38,448 nucleotides of DNA. Origin: a virus (lineage: Duplodnaviria > Caudoviricetes). This document shows positions 1 to 8,346 of this stretch, in pieces (position 1 is the first letter of the stretch; each line of letters opens with the position of its first letter). The DNA lies in IMG/VR virus record IMGVR_UViG_3300025267_000042, positions 1-38,448 of that record; one strand, given 5' to 3'. The notes under the pieces were generated by a model. That model made no database searches. It worked only from the letters and a program-made list of their open reading frames with translations, and had not been told where the DNA came from. Position numbers and translations under genes: made by a program.

Positions 1-777
1 AGAGGTATCTACTCTGCTGAAAGCCTACCAGCTACATTGACGATCACTCTGGGGGACGGTGGTGCAGGTGGGTCAGGGAGTAACAATGGTTCCGCTGGAA
101 ATAATGGAACAGCTGGAGGCACATCATCTGCATCCAGTGGCACTTTTAGTATCTCCGCTTATGGCGGAGGATTTGGTGCAGGGGGCCACAGCACTACAGG
201 CGATAATGGCGGCGGAGGCGGAGGCGGTGGTGGAACTGCCGTAGTTGGATCTAATGGGTCTAACCCGACAGGTGGTAATGGGGGATCTCCTTCTATTCAA
301 GGGTCTACCGAAGGCGATAGTTTAGGAGGTCGTGGAGGCAAGGGTGGTAATTGTGAATTAGTCGGGGGCAACGCAGAATATGGGGGCGGTGGAGGTGCTG
401 GTGGCGGAGATGACTTATCGGCTACCGCTGGAGCAGGTGGATCGTCCATATTCGGTGCAGGCGGTGGGGGTAGCGGAGGTAGCACCGCAGGGACTTCTAA
501 TGGTTCCGCTGGTGGAGCATGGGGATCTTACACTGTTGGCGGTGGTGGAGCAGGTGGATTGGACGCAGGTGGCGGTCATGTAGGGGCCGATGGTGGAGCT
601 AATGCTTTTGGTTGTGGGGATGGAGGCGGTGGAGGATCAAGTCAGGTTAGAGCAGGTGGAGCAGGTGGGTTACCCGGTGGGGGCGGAGGCGGAGGTGGTG
701 GCTGGAATGGTGGCTCTACCCACGGCGGAGCAGGCGGAGCTGGTGCTGATGGTCAGATAAGAATTTATAGTTGGTAA
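1..777 (+). CDS. Glycine-rich virion fibre/adhesin protein, 5'-truncated
   Basis: Frame 1 is open from base 1 (RGIYSAESLPATLTITLGDGG...), so the start lies upstream and the TTG at 37 is internal. It has GGxGG tracts throughout and ends GGAGADGQIRIYSW, typical of glycine-rich phage structural domains. Confidence 0.7.
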   Translation, partial: RGIYSAESLPATLTITLGDGGAGGSGSNNGSAGNNGTAGGTSSASSGTFSISAYGGGFGAGGHSTTGDNGGGGGGGGGTAVVGSNGSNPTGGNGGSPSIQGSTEGDSLGGRGGKGGNCELVGGNAEYGGGGGAGGGDDLSATAGAGGSSIFGAGGGGSGGSTAGTSNGSAGGAWGSYTVGGGGAGGLDAGGGHVGADGGANAFGCGDGGGGGSSQVRAGGAGGLPGGGGGGGGGWNGGSTHGGAGGAGADGQIRIYSW

Positions 778-798
778 GTATAATAATATGGTGAACCT

Positions 799-2544
799 AT
801 GACATTAACTAAAATTGGAGCTAATTTATCAGGTAGTGCTAATGTTATTAGTGTTACTCAATCTAGTCACGGATTTACAGTAGGTAAAGTACTTAAATCC
901 AGTGGTTCGAATGGTACATTTGCTACAGCTCAAGCAGATAGTGCTGCAAATGCTGAAGTTGTCGGTATTGTTACTGATAGTATAGATACTAATAACTTTT
1001 TAATGACTATTGCTGGACGTATTACAGTAGATGGTGTTGTTCCAGATGTTACCGCTGGTACAGTACTCTTCTTATCTGCTACTAGTGCAGGAGATTTAAC
1101 TAGTACTGAACCTTCTACTACAGGACAGATCTCAAAACCTGTAGCAGTAGTCACTACTGCTGATTCTGAGATGATAATGGTTAACTTCCGTGGTGAAGTT
1201 ATTGCATCTTCAACAGAATCTTGGGATGTTAACGGTTCAGAGTTGATTTTAGACGTAGATGGAGATACTTCTCTACATGCGAACACTGATGATCAGATAG
1301 ATGTACAGATTTCGGGTGCTGATGACTTTAGATTTACTGCAAATTCATTTAATGCTCTTAGTGGATCAACATTATCTATAGATTCTGGTGCAACTATATC
1401 AAATAGTGGTACTTTAGTAGGTTTTAATCACAATTCTTTTACTGTTACTCAAGCTAGTCATGGTCTTACAGTCGGAAAAGTTGTTAAATCTAGTGGTTCT
1501 AATGGTGCATTCGCTACTGCACAGGCTAATTCCGCTGCAAATGCCGAAGTAGTGGGTATTGTTACGGTAGTAAGTGGAAATGATATCACTATTGTTACGT
1601 CTGGAGAGGTAGATATTGCTGGTGCGGTTCCTGATGTGGCTGCAAGTACCGTAGTCTTCTTAGATCCTTCTAATGCTGGTGATTTAACTGCTACAGAACC
1701 TTCTACTGATGGTCAAATCTCTAAACCAATAGGAATAGTTACCACACAGAACTCTAAAATGGTGTTATTACCATTTCGTGGAGAAATACTCGGTTCTGGT
1801 GTTAATAACTGGGATGTTAATGGGTTAGAGCTTGTTTTAGACGTAGATGGAGACACTACATTACATGCCGATACTGATGACCAGATAGATGTAAAGATAT
1901 CTGGAGCAGATGATTTCAGATTTAGTGCTAATGCTTTTAATGTGCTTAGTGGGTCTACCCTAACTATTGATAGTGGAGCTACTATTGCTAATAGTGGAAC
2001 TGCAACTGGTTTTGCTAGTAATTCCTTTACTAATGATGTAACTATTACGAGTGGTAATCTTGTAATAGGAACGGCTGGTGGAGGAATAGATTTTTCTGCT
2101 CAGTCTAGTCCAGCAGCAGGAATGGCTAGTGAACTACTAGATCATTATGAAGAAGGTACATTTACACCTACTCTTATTGATAATTCTAATACTGGTGGTA
2201 CATATAACGGACAAGTGGGTAGATATCAGCGAATTGGAAATCGTTGTTTTTTTCAATTATTTTTGAGAACAAGTAATACTAGTGGTCTGACAGGTGGTGA
2301 TCAAGCATATATTACAGGATTACCTTTTACTTCTGTAAATGTTAGTTATGCTCATGCAGCTATAGTTGCTGGAAGTTATGGAAGTTTAGGTACAGGTAAT
2401 GCTATGTGTGGAGATATAGTTGCCAATTCTAGTAAAATTAGATTGCATAGAGTGACAGGGAGTGCTGGAGCTTTGCAAATGACTATAAATGAATGGAGTA
2501 GTGATGGTGAAGCTATAATATCTGGTCACTATGAAGTAGCTTAG
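799..2544 (+). CDS. Fibre protein with a 197-aa internal duplication and C-terminal tip domain
   Basis: S/T/G/A-rich 581 aa. C-terminal LDHYEEGTFTP...YQRIGNRC...ITGLPFT resembles phage fibre tip domains. GGTGA RBS upstream. Confidence 0.75.
   Translation: MTLTKIGANLSGSANVISVTQSSHGFTVGKVLKSSGSNGTFATAQADSAANAEVVGIVTDSIDTNNFLMTIAGRITVDGVVPDVTAGTVLFLSATSAGDLTSTEPSTTGQISKPVAVVTTADSEMIMVNFRGEVIASSTESWDVNGSELILDVDGDTSLHANTDDQIDVQISGADDFRFTANSFNALSGSTLSIDSGATISNSGTLVGFNHNSFTVTQASHGLTVGKVVKSSGSNGAFATAQANSAANAEVVGIVTVVSGNDITIVTSGEVDIAGAVPDVAASTVVFLDPSNAGDLTATEPSTDGQISKPIGIVTTQNSKMVLLPFRGEILGSGVNNWDVNGLELVLDVDGDTTLHADTDDQIDVKISGADDFRFSANAFNVLSGSTLTIDSGATIANSGTATGFASNSFTNDVTITSGNLVIGTAGGGIDFSAQSSPAAGMASELLDHYEEGTFTPTLIDNSNTGGTYNGQVGRYQRIGNRCFFQLFLRTSNTSGLTGGDQAYITGLPFTSVNVSYAHAAIVAGSYGSLGTGNAMCGDIVANSSKIRLHRVTGSAGALQMTINEWSSDGEAIISGHYEVA
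853..2001 (+). repeat. Two-copy intragenic repeat (853-1413 and 1444-2001)
   Basis: Both units run VTQ[S/A]SHG.TVGKV.KSSGSNG.FATAQA.SAANAEVVGIV ... WDVNG.EL.LDVDGDT.LHA.TDDQIDV.ISGADDFRF ... IDSGATI.NSGT. Unit starts are 591 nt apart. Confidence 0.95.
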
Positions 2545-2556
2545 GGAGCTTTCTAT

Positions 2557-2793
2557 ATGGCATTAACTGAACGAACTGAAATTAGTTCTTGTGATGTATT
2601 AGTTGATGGTCAAATACAAGTTAGAACTGACTCAATAATTGAACGTGATGGAGTTGAAATTAGTCGTATACATCATCGTCATGTAATAGTACCGGGTGAT
2701 GATGTTTCTATTGAGGATGCTAAGATAAGAACTATTGCTGGAGTTGTACATACGGCAGATGTAATTGCTGCTTATAAAGCTTCTCTTTTGTAA
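2557..2793 (+). CDS. Small fibre-associated (chaperone-like) protein; paralogue of 7813..8049
   Basis: MALTE...QIQVRT..I.RDG.EISR..HRHVIVPG.D.S.EDAK...IA.V.HTA.VIAAY matches the second copy. It follows a YEEG-type fibre. GGGAG RBS. Confidence 0.75.
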   Translation: MALTERTEISSCDVLVDGQIQVRTDSIIERDGVEISRIHHRHVIVPGDDVSIEDAKIRTIAGVVHTADVIAAYKASLL

Positions 2794-2826
2794 TAGTATA
2801 AATTTAATTATAAATAGGAAAATAAT

Positions 2827-3873
2827 ATGCCGTCAGCTTTTAATCATGATCCATCAATAACAGTTCCGGGAAGTAGCACGGATAATGCTATAGCAATTTT
2901 CGATGGTACTGGTGGTTCTGGATTTGGAAATTCTACAATTCTTGTAGATTCTGGTGGAAATGGAAGGATAGGGATAGCTGGTGATACTGATGTAATCATT
3001 GTTACAGCTAACACTGTAACAGTTGCAGGTACAGTAGCAGCGACTACTCTTACTGGTGCTGGTGCAGGAATAACTGCATTAACTGCTGCTAATATAACTG
3101 CCAGCGGTACTCTCCCTGCTCTTAATGGTGCTGCATTAACTGCTTTAACTGCTGCGAATATAACAGCCAGTGGAACCTTACCAGCTTTGAATGGGGCAGC
3201 TTTAACTGCCCTTAATGGAACGCAAGTTACATCTGGAACCCTCCCTGCTGCTAGAATTGGTGATGATTCTATTGTGGAAGCAAAACTAGATGTCAGTAAT
3301 GCTCCTACTAACGGTGAGTTTTTACAAGCTCAATCAGGAGAAGGGGGAGGATTAACTTGGGCTGCTGCTGGTGGTAGTGGAAAAATTTTACAAGCTCAGA
3401 CAGCAATATTTAGCGGAATTCAAACAATTACCTCAGAGGATAACAGTTTTACTGATATTACTAGCTTAACGGTTAATATCACTCCTGCTGCTAATACGTC
3501 TAAAATTTTAATATTAGTATGTATTGGGAAACATGATACTAATAGTGATGCTAATACTACACAATTTATAGTTTATAGAGGTTCTAATAGGTTAAATACT
3601 GGAAATGGTGCTGAGTCAACCGATACTACTATAAGCAATAGAATAGCTGCTTCATTTACTGGGGGTGTTTCTGGACATTCTAATGGTAATGGTAATCAAC
3701 ATTTTTCTTGTCTTGATTCACCAGCTACTGCTAGTCAGATTACGTATGTAGTGGCAGCATCTTGTCATGACCAAGATGTTTATATAAACCGATGGCGAAC
3801 TGACAGTGATAATACTGATGGGCCTAGTGCAAGAACAGCTTCATCCATTACTGTTTTAGAGGTAGGTGCATAA
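2827..3873 (+). CDS. Fibre protein (shared N-terminal anchor, 22-aa repeats, GKILQ...TVLEVGA C-terminal domain)
   Basis: N-terminus AFNHDPSITVPGSSTDNAI is shared with 4198 and 7013. The C-terminal beta-rich domain is of a type common in phage fibres. Confidence 0.75.
   Translation: MPSAFNHDPSITVPGSSTDNAIAIFDGTGGSGFGNSTILVDSGGNGRIGIAGDTDVIIVTANTVTVAGTVAATTLTGAGAGITALTAANITASGTLPALNGAALTALTAANITASGTLPALNGAALTALNGTQVTSGTLPAARIGDDSIVEAKLDVSNAPTNGEFLQAQSGEGGGLTWAAAGGSGKILQAQTAIFSGIQTITSEDNSFTDITSLTVNITPAANTSKILILVCIGKHDTNSDANTTQFIVYRGSNRLNTGNGAESTDTTISNRIAASFTGGVSGHSNGNGNQHFSCLDSPATASQITYVVAASCHDQDVYINRWRTDSDNTDGPSARTASSITVLEVGA
3073..3255 (+). repeat. 66-nt (22-aa) tandem coding repeat, about 2.7 copies
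   Basis: TALTAANITASGTLPALNGAAL x2, then TALNGTQVTSGTLPAAR. Confidence 0.9.
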
Positions 3874-4192
3874 AATGGCAGATAGGTTACAAGCAATCTT
3901 AAATGTACATACTAATGCTGTTTCGATTTCTGAAACTAATGAGGGTGATTATATAGCATTCGATAGAGATGGCAATTCTATTACTATTGATACATCCGCA
4001 GTAGATACAGAAGAGGCACGTTTACAAGTTATAGTTGATAGTATGGCATATGCTAGGAATCGTGAGCCACTGTATCCATCGTTAGCAGATTTTGCTGATG
4101 CCTATTATTGGGTACAGAAAGGTGACGATAGTTTAATGACTGCTTATATTGCAGCTTGTGATAAAGTTAAATCCGATCATCCGAAGGAGTAA
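3866..4192 (+). CDS. Fibre assembly chaperone-like protein
   Basis: C-terminal YARNREPLYPSLADFADAYY...ACDKVKSDHPKE pattern is typical of small proteins following phage fibres. The start may be the ATG at 3876. Confidence 0.6.
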   Translation: MHKMADRLQAILNVHTNAVSISETNEGDYIAFDRDGNSITIDTSAVDTEEARLQVIVDSMAYARNREPLYPSLADFADAYYWVQKGDDSLMTAYIAACDKVKSDHPKE

Positions 4193-4197
4193 TATAA

Positions 4198-5265
4198 GTG
4201 GCTAATACAGCTTTTGGACATGATGCTACATTAACTACGCCGGGAAGTACTACTAATACGGCGTTAGTTCGATGGGCTAATACTTCTGGCAGTTCTTTAA
4301 ATAATACTGCTAATATTTTATCTGACGGCAGTCATATTACTTTAAATGCTAGAGGTGAAGTTAGATTTGCTGATGCAGATTCTAGTCATTATATAGCTTT
4401 AGAGGCTCCAGCTACTGTAGGTACTACATATACTATGGCTTTGCCAGCAGCTGTACCATCAGCTAATGATTATTTAAAAGTTACTTCATATAGTGGTGGA
4501 GCAGGTGTTTTAGAATGGGCTACTGCTGGCGGTGCAGCATTAACTGGTTCTACAGATAATACATTAGTTACCGTTACAGGGGCTAATGCTATTGCTGGGG
4601 AAGCTGGATTAATTTTTGATGCTTCTGCTCCTACATTAAAAATTAGGGGAGAATCTGGAGCACCAGCTACTTCTAGTACAACAGAATTAGCTGTATTAAG
4701 ATTAAATCCTACTGGCGTAACTGGTACATTAGATATGGGATTCCATGCAGATGCTACTGGAAGAGCGTGGATTCAAGCGACTGATACTGGTAATTTAGCT
4801 ACCAATTATAATTTACATTTAAATCCTAATGGTGGAAATGTAGGAATTGGTATGGGTACTGAGGGTGCTGATGCCACATTGCACATAGCTGGAGAGATAA
4901 AAGTAAAGGGGGCATCACCATCTGGAGGTGGGGAAGGGATTAATGCCGATAACTTTGTTCATCAGAGAGTAACTAACACTAGAAATGTCCCTTCTAATTC
5001 TTCATCTAATATTCATCTAGGTGAAGATACTGGTAATATGGTATTTGTTTGGGGCATGTCAGAAAGCCCAGATGCAAATAGATTTGTTGATATAGTTGCT
5101 TATGGTGCTAGTCAAACTCCAGTAGTAATAAATAGTACGACTGTTAGAGGTAGCCCAGCAAGTAGGACATATGGAATTAATGGATATAATCTCACTCTAC
5201 AAATGTCTAGTGGAATATATAATATTATGTGTATGGGATGGGGAGTACCACCAACTATAATATAG
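4198..5265 (+). CDS. Fibre protein (shared N-terminal anchor)
   Basis: GTG start. N-terminus AFGHDATLTTPGSTTNTALVRW; shaft motifs such as LNPNGGNVGIG. Confidence 0.75.
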   Translation: MANTAFGHDATLTTPGSTTNTALVRWANTSGSSLNNTANILSDGSHITLNARGEVRFADADSSHYIALEAPATVGTTYTMALPAAVPSANDYLKVTSYSGGAGVLEWATAGGAALTGSTDNTLVTVTGANAIAGEAGLIFDASAPTLKIRGESGAPATSSTTELAVLRLNPTGVTGTLDMGFHADATGRAWIQATDTGNLATNYNLHLNPNGGNVGIGMGTEGADATLHIAGEIKVKGASPSGGGEGINADNFVHQRVTNTRNVPSNSSSNIHLGEDTGNMVFVWGMSESPDANRFVDIVAYGASQTPVVINSTTVRGSPASRTYGINGYNLTLQMSSGIYNIMCMGWGVPPTII

Positions 5266-5311
5266 TGTGATAGGAATTAAACACTAAAGTAGATGCGTTA
5301 GGGAGTTAAAT

Positions 5312-6976
5312 ATGCCATATATAGGTAGAGGCCCAAGTAAATCCGGGTCTTTTAGAATAATTGACGATATTTCTTCCAGTTTTAATGGAAGTACTGTTGC
5401 GTTTACTCTACAAGTTAACAGTAGTAATTTAACAGTAGGCCAAGAGCAAACATTATTTATTGCTCTTGATGGAGTAATACAAGAACCTAAGAGTGCTTAT
5501 ACTATTGCTGGTTCTACTATTACTTTTGCATCTGCTCCTGCTACTGGAGTTAGTTTTTGGGGTGTAGAGCTTGGTGATGTTGGCGGTATAGCAGATGCTG
5601 TTACTAGTAATGCTTTTACAGGTCAAACAGATCTAGGAGAAGCACCTGCAACTGGGGACACTCTTCTTGTTTATGATACTTCAGCTTCTTCTTTAAAAGA
5701 GATGACTATAGCTAACTTGTTTACCTCTCCAGCAATTGCTGGCGGTACATTTAGTGGTTCTTTTACTGGAACAATGGATATTACTGGTACAGTATTATCG
5801 GGAGCTAGTCCATTAGTATTCGAAGGGGCTACTGCTGATGCTCATGAAACTACTTTAGCTTTTACTGATCCGACAGCAGATAGGACTATAACATTTCCTA
5901 ATGATACAGGTACGGTTTCTTTAACAGGAGCTACTGAAACTCTTGCAGCTAAAACACTGACTACTCCTACCATTGCTAGTACTGGATGGACTAATGCTAC
6001 TCATGCTCATGCAGCTAATAATAGTGGCGGAACTTTAGATGCTGCAGCCATAGGAGCAGGTACGGTAGCTACTGCCAGATTAGGAAGTGGCACTGCTAAT
6101 AATACCGTATTTCTTAGGGGCGATGGAACATGGGCTGCTCCTGCTAGTGGTGCATCCGCTGCTGGTAATAGCGGTTCTGTTCAATTTAGTGATGGTAGTT
6201 CTGGACTTTTAGCAGATAATGGACAATTACATTGGGACGCTTCAAATAATAGATTAGGCATTGGTACAGCTAGTCCTGCCAAACCTTTACATATATCTCT
6301 GGGTTCATCTGGAGGATCAGCAAGGGCAACATCTTTTATAGTTCTTGAAGATGATACTACGGATGAAATCGGTATACAATTTCTTATGCCCGGAACTAGT
6401 GGTACACCTCAACAATCAATATTCTTTGGTGATGCTGCTGATGGGACAAGAGGAAGCATTATTTATGACCATATAGATGATGCTTTTAGGATTCAAGCTG
6501 GTGGTTCTGGTTCTCAAATGACTATTACTGGTGGTAGCACTGGCTATGTATCTTCAAAAGGGTTAGCTGTTTTACTTAAACGGGGAAGTACTCAAACTAT
6601 TTCTGATAATACTAATACATCCGTTGAGTGGGATGGGACATTATACGATGATTTTAGTATGCATAATCCAAGTGCAAATAATGGAGAACGAATCGTCATG
6701 CCCGTAGCTGGATACTATTTAGTTGGGGCGATGATAGGTTGGCAAAGCACATCTAATTCTACTGGGCTTAGGCGTATAATAATAACAAAAAATGGAGCTA
6801 CTGTTGCTACTAACAGGTATAACCCAGCATCTGGTGAAGACCCTAGACATGAATGTACTATAATGGAATATTTTAGTGCTAATCAATATGCTACAGTTCA
6901 AGTGTTTCAGAATTGTGGTACTGGATTAACCATAGATGCAAATGTGTCTAGATTTTGGGCTGTAAAAGTAGGATAA
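5312..6976 (+). CDS. Fibre protein with C-terminal C1q/TNF-like domain
   Basis: N-terminal MPYIG...DDISSSFNGST..FTL...DGVIQEP..AYTI.GSTITF.SAP, internal FEGATADAHETTL.FTDPTADRTITFP and NRLGIGTASP, C-terminal V.WD...YDD...RI..PVAGYYLV...VQVFQ. GGGAG RBS. Confidence 0.7.
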   Translation: MPYIGRGPSKSGSFRIIDDISSSFNGSTVAFTLQVNSSNLTVGQEQTLFIALDGVIQEPKSAYTIAGSTITFASAPATGVSFWGVELGDVGGIADAVTSNAFTGQTDLGEAPATGDTLLVYDTSASSLKEMTIANLFTSPAIAGGTFSGSFTGTMDITGTVLSGASPLVFEGATADAHETTLAFTDPTADRTITFPNDTGTVSLTGATETLAAKTLTTPTIASTGWTNATHAHAANNSGGTLDAAAIGAGTVATARLGSGTANNTVFLRGDGTWAAPASGASAAGNSGSVQFSDGSSGLLADNGQLHWDASNNRLGIGTASPAKPLHISLGSSGGSARATSFIVLEDDTTDEIGIQFLMPGTSGTPQQSIFFGDAADGTRGSIIYDHIDDAFRIQAGGSGSQMTITGGSTGYVSSKGLAVLLKRGSTQTISDNTNTSVEWDGTLYDDFSMHNPSANNGERIVMPVAGYYLVGAMIGWQSTSNSTGLRRIIITKNGATVATNRYNPASGEDPRHECTIMEYFSANQYATVQVFQNCGTGLTIDANVSRFWAVKVG

Positions 6977-7012
6977 CTATGAGACACTTAAACCTTGATT
7001 TAGGATAATACT

Positions 7013-7801
7013 ATGCCAACAGCAATAACACATGACCCAGTAGTTACATTTCCTGCTAGTAGCACTAATACTGCTTTAGTTAGATGGAGTGGTACTGGAG
7101 GTAATACTTTATTAGATTCTACTATTATTGTCGGTGCTACTACGATGGGATTAGCTGCAGATACTGATTTAGTTACATTTGGTAATGGCACTCTTACTGT
7201 GGCTGGTACTGTTTCTGCTACATTAATAGCAGGGGCTGCTGTCAAAGATGAAGACAACATGGCTTCTGATAGTGCGACACATTTATCCTCTCAACAGTCT
7301 ATCAAGGCTTATGTGGATGCAAATGCTGGTTTTAATGGGAATTTAACTGGAGGTCAATTAACTTTTCCTGCATCTCAAAATGCTGCTGGTGGTGCTAATG
7401 TTTTAGATGATTATGAAGAAGGTAGTTGGACACCTAATGTTACTTTTGGTGGAGGAAGTACTGGTGTAACATATGCTTGGACTAGATATGGATATTATAC
7501 AAAAATTGGGAATTTAGTAGCTATTTGGGCAAGGCTGGAGCTAAGTAGTAAAGGTTCTTCTACAGGCCATCTTCAGATTACCGGACTTCCATTTACACCA
7601 ACAGCTACTATTTCTGTAATACCTTCTGGGTATCTTAGCAATATAACTTTTTCTGGGCCACTTCATGCAATTGTTGATCAAGGGACGCAAATTATAGATT
7701 TTTACGAAATGAACAGCGGAAGCGGTTCTAGTACTGTTACCAATGGGGATTTAACTAATACGTCAGCAATTGGACTTCAAGGAATTTACGCTATAGTTTA
7801 G
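7013..7801 (+). CDS. Fibre protein (shared anchor, YEEG-type tip domain)
   Basis: N-terminus AITHDPVVTFPASSTNTALVRW. C-terminal LDDYEEGSWTP...YTKIGNLV...ITGLPFT is paralogous to the tip of 799..2544. Confidence 0.75.
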   Translation: MPTAITHDPVVTFPASSTNTALVRWSGTGGNTLLDSTIIVGATTMGLAADTDLVTFGNGTLTVAGTVSATLIAGAAVKDEDNMASDSATHLSSQQSIKAYVDANAGFNGNLTGGQLTFPASQNAAGGANVLDDYEEGSWTPNVTFGGGSTGVTYAWTRYGYYTKIGNLVAIWARLELSSKGSSTGHLQITGLPFTPTATISVIPSGYLSNITFSGPLHAIVDQGTQIIDFYEMNSGSGSSTVTNGDLTNTSAIGLQGIYAIV

Positions 7802-7812
7802 AAGAGGAATTT

Positions 7813-8049
7813 ATGGCATTAACAGAAGAATCAGTTATAGATCAAATAGAAGTTTTAGAAAACAATACTATCCAAGTTAGAACGGCAAATATCGTTAAAA
7901 GAGATGGTACGGAAATTTCAAGAACTTTTCATAGACATGTTATAGTTCCCGGAGAGGATTATTCTGGTGAAGATGCTAAAGTGAAATCTATTGCGGAAGT
8001 ATTGCATACAGCAGAAGTAATTGCTGCTTATGAAGCTTCTATTTCTTAG
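7813..8049 (+). CDS. Small fibre-associated (chaperone-like) protein; paralogue of 2557..2793
   Basis: Same 78-aa length and motif set as 2557..2793. GAGG RBS. Confidence 0.75.
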   Translation: MALTEESVIDQIEVLENNTIQVRTANIVKRDGTEISRTFHRHVIVPGEDYSGEDAKVKSIAEVLHTAEVIAAYEASIS

Positions 8050-8090
8050 CGATAGGTAATTCAAATACTAGCTAGGAATTTTATTAATTA

Positions 8091-8102
8091 TGGTATAATA
8101 TA
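8091..8102 (+). promoter_or_regulatory. Extended -10 promoter candidate TGGTATAATATA
   Basis: TGnTATAAT in an intergenic gap ahead of the neck-tail genes; no clear -35. Confidence 0.5.
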
Positions 8103-8127
8103 ACAATATTTTAGGATGAGGAAAGGT

Positions 8128-8346
8128 ATGGCTGAGATCAATATAGATGGGGATTTGGATCAGGTTCAAAAGCAACAGGAGCAATTAGTAGGTCAATTAA
8201 ATACCGTTAATGCCCAAAAGACTCAATTAGAGCAACAAATACATAATTTGAATGGAATTATTATGTATTTAAGAGGTAAACAGCCTGAAAATGTTGAACC
8301 AGCGGTAATGACTACTATAGATAATAATGAAGAACAGGATGAATAA
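8128..8346 (+). CDS. Small coiled-coil protein
   Basis: Heptad Q/L-rich helix. AGGAAAGG precedes the ATG at 8128, which favours it over 8116. Confidence 0.65.
   Translation: MAEINIDGDLDQVQKQQEQLVGQLNTVNAQKTQLEQQIHNLNGIIMYLRGKQPENVEPAVMTTIDNNEEQDE

Noticed and set aside
799-8049. Diversity-generating retroelement or invertible fibre switch
   Set aside because: No reverse transcriptase or invertase. The paralogous tips differ at all base types rather than only adenines, and all cassettes are in the same orientation.
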